Positions 20,095-29,359 are shown, numbered from the stretch's first letter. The stretch: DNA of 64,000 bases from an uncultured Chitinophagales bacterium (GCA_964653095.1 CAZZEH010000007.1:27884-91883); one strand, 5' to 3'. Numbers and translations are program-made. The notes: a model not told the origin generated them from the letters alone.

Positions 20095-21099
20095 ATGAAT
20101 ATCATTATTCCTATGGCGGGAAGAGGTTCGAGACTGAGACCTCACACGATTACAACTCCTAAGCCCCTTGTCCCGGTAGCCGGTAAACCTATCGTGGAAT
20201 GGTTGGCCGGAGACTTAATAAAATTATATCCCGGCAACGTAGATACAATCGGATTTGTAATAGGTGACTTTGGTAAAGAAGTTGAAAACAATCTGCTCGA
20301 AATCGCAGAGAGACTGGGAGCCAAAGGAAAAATATTTTATCAGAGCAAGGCTCTTGGTACTGCTCATGCCATTGACTGTGCAAGTGAAATTCTGACCGGA
20401 CCTACAATAATAGCTTTTGCAGATACACTTTTTAAAACAGATTATAAAATAAATCTGGACGATGACAGTACTATATTTGTTCAAAAAGTAGCTGACCCTT
20501 CAGCTTTTGGAGTCGTCCAGCTTTCTGATGATGGATATATTACCGATTTTGTGGAAAAACCCGAAACTTTTATATCCGATCTGGCTATTATAGGTATTTA
20601 CTACTTTCGCGATGGAGACAGATTAAGAGAAGGTATAAAAAATTTAATACGAAAAGATATCAAAACTAAAGGAGAATACCAACTGACGGATGTCATGGAA
20701 ACCCTCCGAAAAGAAGGTGTAAAATATCTTCCGGGAGAAGTAATCGAATGGTTGGACTGCGGAAATAAAAATGCGACCGTTCATACCAATCAAAGAATTT
20801 TAGAAATAAAAATGCCTGACGGATATGTCTCGCCAAGTGCGCAAATAGTAAACAGCATAGTTATTCATCCCTGCTTTATTGATGAACATGTCAGAATCGA
20901 ACAGACCGTGATGGGTCCTCACGTTTCGGTCGGCGCCGATACGGGTATATTAAATAGTGTTATCAAGAACTCCATTATTCAAAAAAACACTCATCTTCAA
21001 GGTATGCTGATTTCAGACTCCATGATTGGCAATAACGTGTCTTACAAATGTGAGCCCAAAGACTTAAGCATAGGAGATTACACCCAAATAGAAGAATGA
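20095..21099 (+). CDS. sugar-phosphate nucleotidyltransferase with C-terminal left-handed beta-helix
   Basis: N-terminus 'IIPMAGRGSRLRP...PKPLVPVAGKPI' (NTP_transferase signature). C-terminal hexapeptide-like repeats. Confidence 0.8.
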   Translation: MNIIIPMAGRGSRLRPHTITTPKPLVPVAGKPIVEWLAGDLIKLYPGNVDTIGFVIGDFGKEVENNLLEIAERLGAKGKIFYQSKALGTAHAIDCASEILTGPTIIAFADTLFKTDYKINLDDDSTIFVQKVADPSAFGVVQLSDDGYITDFVEKPETFISDLAIIGIYYFRDGDRLREGIKNLIRKDIKTKGEYQLTDVMETLRKEGVKYLPGEVIEWLDCGNKNATVHTNQRILEIKMPDGYVSPSAQIVNSIVIHPCFIDEHVRIEQTVMGPHVSVGADTGILNSVIKNSIIQKNTHLQGMLISDSMIGNNVSYKCEPKDLSIGDYTQIEE

Positions 21100-22844
21100 T
21101 AAACTTCAGAAAACACTTCATACTCATACTGGCGCTGCTCATCGCAGGTCCGGTAACCTTTGCAAAAAAGAAAAAGAACAAAAACAGTTCGACATCCCAA
21201 GCGGAAACTGTTCAGGAGAAAAGCAGAAAAAGCACGATACAGGAAGAGGCCATGTTTATTGATGCCATGCAATCCGCTCTTTTGGGCAATCTCAACGAGG
21301 CTCTGTTCAAATTCAAAGCTATTGTAAAAGACGACCCTTTAAACTATGCGGCTTTTTTTCAGATAGCCAAGATTTATTACGAGTTGAATGAACTGGACAA
21401 GGCAGAATCCTACAACCAAGCTGCTCTAAATATAAACCCAAAATATATTTGGAGTTATCATCTTCTGGTGCAAATTAAAGCAACCAAATATGATTATGAC
21501 GGTGCAGCGGAGGCATATTCACACCTCGTTGAACTCATGCCCGGAGATATTGAAACTTTGGTCACCTGGGTTGCATTTTTAAAAGGAGCCGGTAAGTTTG
21601 AAGAGGCTCTGAAAGTTTTGGATAAGGTAGAGCAAATTACCGGTATGACTGAAGAATTGCTGTTGGCAAAACTCCCTCTGCTGAAAGAAATAAAAAAACA
21701 CGATGAGGCTATAAGACAAATTAATCGGCAAATAGCAGCAGATTCAACTCAATATCAATATTACGGTTATCTCGGTGATGTGTATTATGAAACAGAAGAC
21801 TATGACCACGCCATTAAAGCCTACGAAAAAGTATTAGAACTCAATCCTGACAATGCTATAGCATATTACTCTTTATCAGTGCTTTATGATGAAAAGGGAG
21901 ATAAAGAAGCGAAAGCAAATATATTGAGCTCGGTCATGCAATCTCATTCTATCGAATTAGAGACCAAGTTAGATGTTTTATCTCTGTCTATGAGACACGA
22001 GTTGTCGGAAGAAGAAAAAGATACCACACTCATTTTAAATCTCTTTGAAGATTTGGCTGAAAACCATTCGGACCATTCATCTGTAGTTTCTCTTTTAACT
22101 GAAATGTATCATATGTTTAAGGGCCCAAAAAAGGCTATCAGCTACCTCAAAGAACATATTAATAGTATTGAACCGGATATTGACCTCTACTTACAACTTC
22201 TGTCCATGATGGTTTCTGATGACGTTATGGACGATTTGTATTTATACTCCCAGAAAGGGGTTGAGTTTTTCCCCGAAGACCCTGTTTTCGATTTTTACAG
22301 TGGAGTGTCTGCTTATGCGGATAAAAAATATGATTTGGCACAAAGAGCGTATTCTAATGGTCTGAAAAAAGAATTTAACAACGAAGCTCTTCGTCTCCAA
22401 ATGTATATAGGTCTTGGTGACGTGTCCGTAGAATTAGAAGATTTTGACACAGGGTACGATGCGTATGAAAAGGCCTTGGAAATAGATCCAAATCACGCAA
22501 CAGCGCTTAACAATTATGCCTATTATCTGAGCGTAAGAAATATTGAATTAAACAGAGCAGAAAAAATGAGTAAAAAATCAAATCTGCTCGAAGAAAATAA
22601 TCCTGCCTTCCAGGATACCTACGCCTGGATTATGTACCAAAAGGGACTTTATAAGGAAGCTTTAAAATGGATGGAAAAAGCATTGGAATCCTCAGAAAAC
22701 CCCAGTGATGTCTTGTATGATCATCACGGTGATATCCTGATAAAATTAGGGAAAAAAGCCGAAGCCATTAAAAGTTGGGAAAAGGCTCTGGAGTTAAATC
22801 AGGATAAAAAAGAAACCGCAGAAAAAATCAAAATGTATCAATAA
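21096..22844 (+). CDS. secreted tetratricopeptide-repeat protein
   Basis: 582 aa with a signal peptide and many TPR-like units ('AIKAYEKVLELNPDNAIAYYSL', 'AYEKALEIDPNHATALNNYAYYL'). Its ATGA overlaps the upstream stop. Confidence 0.7.
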   Translation: MINFRKHFILILALLIAGPVTFAKKKKNKNSSTSQAETVQEKSRKSTIQEEAMFIDAMQSALLGNLNEALFKFKAIVKDDPLNYAAFFQIAKIYYELNELDKAESYNQAALNINPKYIWSYHLLVQIKATKYDYDGAAEAYSHLVELMPGDIETLVTWVAFLKGAGKFEEALKVLDKVEQITGMTEELLLAKLPLLKEIKKHDEAIRQINRQIAADSTQYQYYGYLGDVYYETEDYDHAIKAYEKVLELNPDNAIAYYSLSVLYDEKGDKEAKANILSSVMQSHSIELETKLDVLSLSMRHELSEEEKDTTLILNLFEDLAENHSDHSSVVSLLTEMYHMFKGPKKAISYLKEHINSIEPDIDLYLQLLSMMVSDDVMDDLYLYSQKGVEFFPEDPVFDFYSGVSAYADKKYDLAQRAYSNGLKKEFNNEALRLQMYIGLGDVSVELEDFDTGYDAYEKALEIDPNHATALNNYAYYLSVRNIELNRAEKMSKKSNLLEENNPAFQDTYAWIMYQKGLYKEALKWMEKALESSENPSDVLYDHHGDILIKLGKKAEAIKSWEKALELNQDKKETAEKIKMYQ

Positions 22845-22882
22845 GCAGGTTACACTTGACAATTCTTAACCATAGCAGTTGA

Positions 22883-22911
22883 TTGTCAATAACTGGTTTT
22901 ATATATCTTTG
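22883..22911 (+). promoter_or_regulatory. putative Bacteroidota promoter (-33 TTG at 22883-22885, -7 TATCTTTG at 22904-22911)
   Basis: Exact TAnnTTTG with a TTG 18 nt upstream. The box ends 6 nt before the ATG at 22918. Confidence 0.5.
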
Positions 22912-22917
22912 CAGCGA

Positions 22918-23355
22918 ATGTTGTTAAGAAAGCAAATACTTGCATGGGTTACAATTTTGGTGTTTAGCTTCAGCACTACCGGTGTTTCTATTTACAACCA
23001 TATCTGTAATGTTGCCGATTACAAATCAGTCACATTATCAGAATTGTGGTGTGAAGACCTCAGCCAACTCGAAAATTGCTGCAATGAAGATGAAAATGCC
23101 CGAGCAAATGACGACTGCTGTGACAACAACATCTCTTTTAACAAATACATCCCTAACGGGAATATAGAGCAGCAAAGCCAGCTTGATGCCCTTCCGGTGT
23201 CAGCAGCACTGCCTTTATATCAATTCCGGAATTTTGAAGCCAGCCTTCTTATTCTCTTTAAAAATAAACATTACCACCAGGCACCGGACCCGCATATCAG
23301 CAACCCCAAGTCTGTCTCCCAACGGTTGGCAGAGGTGCAGTCCTACGTGTGTTAG
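22918..23355 (+). CDS. signal-anchored Cys-rich mini-protein, unknown function
   Basis: 145 aa after re-setting the start behind the promoter box. N-terminal hydrophobic anchor. Seven Cys: HIC, WC, two CC doublets in an acidic tract 'NCCNEDENARANDDCCDNN', and the terminal 'YVC'. Confidence 0.55.
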   Translation: MLLRKQILAWVTILVFSFSTTGVSIYNHICNVADYKSVTLSELWCEDLSQLENCCNEDENARANDDCCDNNISFNKYIPNGNIEQQSQLDALPVSAALPLYQFRNFEASLLILFKNKHYHQAPDPHISNPKSVSQRLAEVQSYVC

Positions 23356-23408
23356 TATATTTCACTCCCTTTTTTAGAAAGTGATTTATAAATACTAATA
23401 CAAATAAT

Positions 23409-25589
23409 ATGAAAATATATTTTTCTTTGCTGTTTGCACTGGTCATGCAGCTCAGCTTTGCACAAAATAAAATTATGGTGCATGTCAATGACCAAACTAC
23501 CGGAGAACCACTCATAGGAGCATCCGTATATTGGACTGAAACCATGCAGGGGACAGCTACTGATATTGACGGAGTCGCATTTATTTCCGGTTCAAAAAAA
23601 TACCCCGACAAATTAGTGGTCTCATATGTTGGCTACAATTCCGATACGGTTGAATTAAAAAAACACCTGTCTCATCTGTATGTCCATTTATCAGAAAAAA
23701 TTGTGCTGGATGTCACAGAGGTTATTGGAAAAAGAAAAGACGAATACATTCGCACACTGGATCCGGCCAAAACAGAGGTTATTTCTCAAAATCAATTGAG
23801 GAAAGCGGCCTGTTGCAATCTTTCCGAAAGTTTTCAAACCAATGCATCCGCACAGGTTAATTTTGAAGATGCCGTCACCGGAGCCAAACAAATAGAACTT
23901 TTGGGACTAAAAGGAATCTATGTACAGAATACTATCGAAAACACTCCCGCCCTGCGCGGTCTTTCGTCTTCATTTGCTTTAGATAATGTCCCCGCCCCCT
24001 GGATTAAATCTATAGAACTTGCCAAAGGTACGCCAAGTGTCCGATCGGGCTTTGAAGGGATTACAGGCTCCATTAATATTAATTACAAAGAACCTGCAAA
24101 TCTATCGCCGTTTTATTTTGACCTGTTTGCCAATCATACAGGAAGATTTGAGGGCAATATGATGACAGGAATCAATAAAAATAAATGGGGTACCGGGCTA
24201 TATTTCAATGGAGCTTTAACCAAAGATCACAAAGACAGGAATGGAGATTCTTTTTACGATCAGCCTCAAGTCAACCAGTTTAACGCAATGAACAGTTGGA
24301 CATTTGATGGAGAGAAGGTTGAAACCAGATTTTTGATAAAAGGACTGCATGAGCAAAGAAAGTCCGGACAAATTTCATTACCCGAAAATCAGGATGAACT
24401 TTATAAAATAAATATCAAAACAGACCGAATCGAAGGGATAGGTAAAGTAGGGATTTTTCTGCCGGGCGGGCTTGAAAGAAGTTTGGGAATTACTGCATCA
24501 GGTTTTTGGCACAATCAAAAAGGATTATACGGCTCCAATAATTATGACGGGCTTCAGGGAAGTTTCTTTGGAAATGCACTTTTTCAGACTGTCGTCAAAA
24601 ATACTAATCACACCATATTTGCCGGAGGATCAATCATGTATGATATGTACGACGAGAATGTGAATGGCACACCGCTCAAAAGGACAGACATCGTTCCGGG
24701 AATTTCGGCAGAATACACCTACAAACATTTAGACAAAATTACATTAGTCGCCGGATTAAGGGCAGATTTCCCTAATCATTTTAACGCACAAATCAATCCG
24801 AGAATTCATTTTAGATATGAACCCGTTCACGGCACTCAAATAAGATTAGCCGGAGGGAGAGGTTTTAGAATTCCTAATATTTATGCAGAAAACATATACA
24901 TGTTTGCAAGCTCCAGAGCTATACACGTTACAGAAAAGCCCGGATTTGAATCCGCATGGAACTCCGGAATAAGTCTGATACAGGAAATTCACATAGGTCC
25001 AAAACTATCTAATATCGCAATAGATTTCTTTCACACCAGATTTACAAATCAGGTTATAGTGGATATCGAAAACGGAAACAATAAGGCAGACATCTATAAT
25101 TTAGACGGAAAATCCTATTCTAATTCCTTTATGATAGAATGGTCTATTGAGCCTGTAACCGGATTTGATATGAAATTTGCATACAGACTGGAAGATGTAC
25201 GACAGACAATGAAAGGAAAGCTTATCAGAAAAAGCATGATACCTCCACACAGAGGTCTGGCGGCTTTGTCCTATAAAACAAATGATGAAAAATGGATGTT
25301 TACCACCAACCTGAACATTCACAGTAAAATGAAATACCCGGCAAGTTTTAATGATGAACACAATCAGTTCTCCCCGGCAAGTGCCATGCTCGGTGCACAG
25401 ATTACGAGGTATCAGGGCAATTTCGAATTTTTTATTGGCGGAGAAAACCTACTCAATGTCAGACAGAAGTTTCCAATTATAGGATATGAGAATCCATTTG
25501 GCGAGATTTTTGATACGCATCAGATATGGGGTCCGGTCATTGGTCCCATTGCTTATGGGGGAGTCAGATTTAATTTAAATTCAAAATAA
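23409..25589 (+). CDS. TonB-dependent outer-membrane receptor with N-terminal carboxypeptidase-regulatory-like domain
   Basis: 726 aa. Signal peptide, CarboxypepD_reg-like 'VNDQTTGEPLIGASVYW...TDIDGVAF', a plug region, and a beta-barrel ending in an aromatic-rich terminus. Confidence 0.85.
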   Translation: MKIYFSLLFALVMQLSFAQNKIMVHVNDQTTGEPLIGASVYWTETMQGTATDIDGVAFISGSKKYPDKLVVSYVGYNSDTVELKKHLSHLYVHLSEKIVLDVTEVIGKRKDEYIRTLDPAKTEVISQNQLRKAACCNLSESFQTNASAQVNFEDAVTGAKQIELLGLKGIYVQNTIENTPALRGLSSSFALDNVPAPWIKSIELAKGTPSVRSGFEGITGSININYKEPANLSPFYFDLFANHTGRFEGNMMTGINKNKWGTGLYFNGALTKDHKDRNGDSFYDQPQVNQFNAMNSWTFDGEKVETRFLIKGLHEQRKSGQISLPENQDELYKINIKTDRIEGIGKVGIFLPGGLERSLGITASGFWHNQKGLYGSNNYDGLQGSFFGNALFQTVVKNTNHTIFAGGSIMYDMYDENVNGTPLKRTDIVPGISAEYTYKHLDKITLVAGLRADFPNHFNAQINPRIHFRYEPVHGTQIRLAGGRGFRIPNIYAENIYMFASSRAIHVTEKPGFESAWNSGISLIQEIHIGPKLSNIAIDFFHTRFTNQVIVDIENGNNKADIYNLDGKSYSNSFMIEWSIEPVTGFDMKFAYRLEDVRQTMKGKLIRKSMIPPHRGLAALSYKTNDEKWMFTTNLNIHSKMKYPASFNDEHNQFSPASAMLGAQITRYQGNFEFFIGGENLLNVRQKFPIIGYENPFGEIFDTHQIWGPVIGPIAYGGVRFNLNSK

Positions 25590-25598
25590 ATTTACGCT

Positions 25599-25940
25599 AT
25601 GAATAGACATATCACGACTTATCTTTTCACTTTTTTAACTCTGTGCTTCATTTTGCCTGTGACTGCCAAAGACATACAAAAAGAAACCATAGAAGTACTC
25701 GGAAACTGCGGTATGTGCGAGAGCAGAATCACACAGGCTGCTTTAGGCAAAGGGGTGAAAAGTGCCGTGTGGGATAAAAACACCAAACAATTGCAAATCA
25801 TCTACGATGCGGATAAAACCTCTATGGAAGAAATAGAGAAACGTATAGCTGAAGCCGGACACGATACTCCGAATTTCAGGGCAGATGATGAAACTTATGA
25901 AAGACTGCACGGATGCTGTATGTATCCGAGAAAGGAGTAA
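25599..25940 (+). CDS. exported heavy-metal-associated (HMA) domain protein
   Basis: 113 aa. Signal peptide, the HMA metal-binding loop 'GNCGMCESRI' (CxxC), and an extra 'HGCCMY' near the C-terminus. Confidence 0.8.
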   Translation: MNRHITTYLFTFLTLCFILPVTAKDIQKETIEVLGNCGMCESRITQAALGKGVKSAVWDKNTKQLQIIYDADKTSMEEIEKRIAEAGHDTPNFRADDETYERLHGCCMYPRKE

Positions 25941-25963
25941 AAGTCTTATATTTACAACAGACA

Positions 25964-26006
25964 AGAAAGCCTTCAGCACTATCGGGTGTGAAGGCTTTCT
26001 TATTTA
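25964..26006 (+). terminator. rho-independent terminator
   Basis: Perfect 12-bp stem AGAAAGCCTTCA / TGAAGGCTTTCT with a 13-nt loop, followed by TATTTAT. Confidence 0.7.
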
Positions 26007-26116
26007 TACGGCCTCACACTATCATGAATCGTTGAAATTCAATTTAAAATCTCTGGATTTTATACTATTTACATTAAATTGGTCTTTTCAAATTTATTTC
26101 CACAATAGATTTTACC

Positions 26117-27721
26117 ATGTTCGATTATATTATTATTGGCGGAGGCTCAGCAGGTTGTCTTTTAGCCAACAGATTGTCCGAAAACCCTGATCATAAAGTT
26201 TGTCTGTTAGAAGCCGGACCGCCGGATGATTCTCATTTTATACATAATTGTAATCCGGTGAATATGCTTTATCTGATGAACAGCAAAAAATACAATTGGG
26301 GCTATCACGCAGAGGGGAACTTAAAGACAGGAAAGAGGAAGTTTTTCTGGCCCAGAGGGAAAACTCTTGGCGGCTCAAGTGCGGTCAATGCAATGATATA
26401 CACGAGAGGGCATAAAAGCGATTTTGACAATTGGGAAAGTCAGGGCTGCACCGGTTGGGGCTGGGATAATGTATTGCACTATTTCAAAAAGTCTGAGAAA
26501 CAGCACAGAGGTGCCGATGCTTACCACAATGCTGACGGAGATATGGATGTAATTGATCCGAACTTCCATTTTCCGGTAAGCGGAGCTTTTTTAGACGCCT
26601 GTGAGCAGGTAGGAATACCCAAAAACAAAGATATGAACGGCGAACAGTTTGAGGGTGTCGATTATTTCCAGACCAATCAGACTCCGGAAGGTAAAAGGTG
26701 TCACGCCTCTGTTTCATTTTTGGATCCGGCACAAGACAGAAAAAACCTTACTGTCATTACCTATGCTCATGTCAAAAGAATAGTTTTTGAAGACGACACT
26801 GCGATTGCTGTAGAGTATTTTGAAATGAAGAACAATAAAAATCTCATTACACTCAAAGCTAATAAAGAAATCATTCTGAGTGCCGGGATTATTGGCAGTC
26901 CGCAAATACTTATGCTCTCAGGAGTCGGTCCAAAAGAAGAACTGAAAAAATTTGGAATTACTGTGGTCAGAGACTTACCGGGCGTAGGTGAAAATCTGCA
27001 GGATCATCCTGATGTGATTTTGCGTTATTTGGATAAATCCGGGACTTCCCTGAGAACCGTTCCGCTTCCTTATATGATAAAGTTCATGTCTAAATTTTAT
27101 ACTAGGAAAGATTTCATATATACATTGACAGATGCGGGCGGTTATGCCAAATCCGACCCGAGCCTGGAAGTACCTGACCTGCAGCTTCAATTTGCCGCAG
27201 TACGAATGCAGCCTCATGGTGACGGACTGTTTACTCCCATGCGGGCGGGATTTGTCCTCCACGTGTGTCACATGAGACCAAAGAGCCGGGGAAGAATTCG
27301 GTTAAAGTCTGCTAATCCGTTTGACGACCCGATTATCGAAGCCAACTACTTTGAGAATGAGTTTGAACTGAATGCTTTAATAAAAGGTGTAAAATTAGCC
27401 CGAAAAATTCTTTCTCAGCCTGCAATGACCCCTTATGTAAAAAAGGAAGAGGTGCCGGGTAAAAAAGTGCAGACAGATGAAGAGATACGCCAATTTATTT
27501 TAGATAAAGCAGAAACCGTTTACCACACTGCAGGCTCCTGCAAAATGGGCGTGGATAGCATGGCTGTCGTCGATCCTGAACTCAAAGTTCACGGTCTGAA
27601 AAATCTCAGAGTCATAGATGCGTCTATCATGCCAAATATCACAAGCAGCAACATTCACAGCCCTACCGTAATGATTGCCGAAAAAGGTGCGGATTTAGTG
27701 TTGAAAAATGAAATATCTTAA
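26117..27721 (+). CDS. GMC-family FAD oxidoreductase (choline dehydrogenase-like)
   Basis: 534 aa. 'FDYIIIGGGSAGCLLANRLSE' FAD fold, 'GGSSAVNAMIYTRG', and the C-terminal 'HTAGSCKMG' active-site region. Confidence 0.9.
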   Translation: MFDYIIIGGGSAGCLLANRLSENPDHKVCLLEAGPPDDSHFIHNCNPVNMLYLMNSKKYNWGYHAEGNLKTGKRKFFWPRGKTLGGSSAVNAMIYTRGHKSDFDNWESQGCTGWGWDNVLHYFKKSEKQHRGADAYHNADGDMDVIDPNFHFPVSGAFLDACEQVGIPKNKDMNGEQFEGVDYFQTNQTPEGKRCHASVSFLDPAQDRKNLTVITYAHVKRIVFEDDTAIAVEYFEMKNNKNLITLKANKEIILSAGIIGSPQILMLSGVGPKEELKKFGITVVRDLPGVGENLQDHPDVILRYLDKSGTSLRTVPLPYMIKFMSKFYTRKDFIYTLTDAGGYAKSDPSLEVPDLQLQFAAVRMQPHGDGLFTPMRAGFVLHVCHMRPKSRGRIRLKSANPFDDPIIEANYFENEFELNALIKGVKLARKILSQPAMTPYVKKEEVPGKKVQTDEEIRQFILDKAETVYHTAGSCKMGVDSMAVVDPELKVHGLKNLRVIDASIMPNITSSNIHSPTVMIAEKGADLVLKNEIS

Positions 27722-27772
27722 GCAGAAGCAGCTTTTGCACGCCTAACCGGGAAACACACACCGGACATTGAC

Positions 27773-28222
27773 CTACATATATTTCGCCACTATCATATCA
27801 CAGGCCTCATCTAACATCTGAAAGACGGATTCAAAACCGTTGTCATCCCAATACGGATCGGGAACTCCTCTGTCTTCACCCGGATAAACTTCGTTGAGAA
27901 TGAGCTTGATTTTGTCTTTTTCTTCCTCTTTGGCAAGAGCCATGAGGTCGTTGTAATTTTGTATATCCATGGCGTAAATCACATCAAAATCTTCATAATC
28001 AATGCTTCTGACTTTTCTTGCACGTTGATCTGTAATATTCACGTGATATTTGGAAGCGACTTTTATCGACCTCCTGTCCGGACCGTCACCACTGTGCCAG
28101 TCGCTTGTCCCGGCAGAATCTACAATCCAGTCCAACTGAGCTTCCTGAATCTTTTTCTTCATAATACCCTCTGCCAAAGGTGAACGGCAAATATTCCCGA
28201 GGCACACCATCAAAATTTTCAT
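27773..28222 (-). CDS. low-molecular-weight protein-tyrosine phosphatase
   Basis: 149 aa. Catalytic loop 'CLGNICRSP' (CX5R-S) and a DP loop 'VPDPYW'. Confidence 0.9.
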   Translation of the reverse strand: MKILMVCLGNICRSPLAEGIMKKKIQEAQLDWIVDSAGTSDWHSGDGPDRRSIKVASKYHVNITDQRARKVRSIDYEDFDVIYAMDIQNYNDLMALAKEEEKDKIKLILNEVYPGEDRGVPDPYWDDNGFESVFQMLDEACDMIVAKYM

Positions 28223-28269
28223 GCTGCTTTTTTATTTAGAAAGATACAAATCTGTACTTTTAATTACAA

Positions 28270-29124
28270 ATGAAACTCAGACTTCAACTTTTAATCTTAT
28301 GCCTTTCTTTCAGTATTCTGATTCAGGCAAAAGACACCACACAGATTGAAAACGGTACCCGCTTTTTTATCGAAAATAAAAGCAGTCACATGCATTCTCC
28401 GAAATTTGGCGATATCATCACTATGAAACTGATAAAATATGACGGAAATGGCACCCTGCTTTTCAGCACAGATGAAATACACGGATCGCAGGGAATAGAA
28501 ATCAGACTCAACAATCCGAATTTCCCCGGTGATATCTTACACGTATTTACACACCTCAAACCGGGAGAAAGAGCGACAGTAACTGTACCCAAATGGGTGG
28601 CAGACCAGGACAGTGCTTTAATGGGGCAGGAAAGCTATTACAGATATCAAATTGAACTGGTCAATTACATCACCGAAAAAGAGTTGCAAAAAAGGCAGGA
28701 TAAACTTTTAAAATCACTTAGAGAAATTCAGGGGAATCTGTTTGACAGCATAACCAATTCTTTGTCTTCCGTCTATCAGGTGACCTATAAAAAAGACGGA
28801 TTATACATTCTGAAATCATCCAAGCAAAAAGTAAAAAAGAAAGAACAAATAAAATCAGGGCAAAAAATCAGAGTGCATTATATTTTGCACCGCTTGCCGG
28901 AAATGCATGAGCTGGACAACTCATACCAAAGAAGTGAGTCCTTTGAATTTATTGCTGATCAGGGTCAGGTCATCCGGGGCTGGGATATAGCGATTCGACA
29001 ACTCAAACCCGGTGACCAAGCTATACTCCTCATTCCTTCCTGGCTGGCTTACGGATTTTCGGGTTCAGGCTTTAATATCAAACCTAACACTCCATTATAC
29101 TTTGAGATAGAAATCTTAAAGTGA
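28270..29124 (+). CDS. secreted FKBP-type peptidyl-prolyl cis-trans isomerase
   Basis: Signal peptide and a C-terminal FKBP block 'VIRGWDIAIRQLKPGDQAILLIPSWLAYG'. A more divergent FKBP-like N-terminal half. Confidence 0.75.
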   Translation: MKLRLQLLILCLSFSILIQAKDTTQIENGTRFFIENKSSHMHSPKFGDIITMKLIKYDGNGTLLFSTDEIHGSQGIEIRLNNPNFPGDILHVFTHLKPGERATVTVPKWVADQDSALMGQESYYRYQIELVNYITEKELQKRQDKLLKSLREIQGNLFDSITNSLSSVYQVTYKKDGLYILKSSKQKVKKKEQIKSGQKIRVHYILHRLPEMHELDNSYQRSESFEFIADQGQVIRGWDIAIRQLKPGDQAILLIPSWLAYGFSGSGFNIKPNTPLYFEIEILK

Positions 29125-29207
29125 ATGCACAGAGCAGGAAATAAAAGCATCATTCCCGGCAACTCAACTAATCAATTTTGATTTATGGTTTCGAGTTTAT
29201 GGGCGAT

Positions 29208-29294
29208 GAGCGTCAGTCGAACCGTTCATCTCGACTCCGCTCGATGACCGGACGACTCCGCTCGATGACCGGACGACTTCACTCGATGACCGGA
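29208..29294. repeat. GC-rich hairpin plus 3 x 21-bp direct tandem repeat (REP-like intergenic element)
   Basis: Tandem copies at 29232-29252 and 29253-29273 are identical (CGACTCCGCTCGATGACCGGA). The copy at 29274-29294 differs at 2 positions. The left arm GAGCG-TCA-GTCGA (29208-29220) is an imperfect inverted copy of TCGAC-TC-CGCTC (29231-29242). Confidence 0.85.
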
Positions 29295-29359
29295 TATACT
29301 CTTTATCGACACATTAGTTAATTTCTCAATAAAGATTGAAGACTTTGAGGGGGCGAATT

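Noticed and set aside
21096-22844. The possibility that this TPR protein is the T9SS lipoprotein PorW/SprE.
   Set aside because: There is no lipobox Cys after the signal sequence, and as I recall the protein is considerably shorter than SprE/PorW. TPR content alone is not diagnostic.
26117-27721. The GMC oxidoreductase as a fourth member of the Cys-rich/TBDT/HMA module.
   Set aside because: It is separated from the module by a strong terminator and a 176-nt gap. The association cannot be supported from sequence alone.
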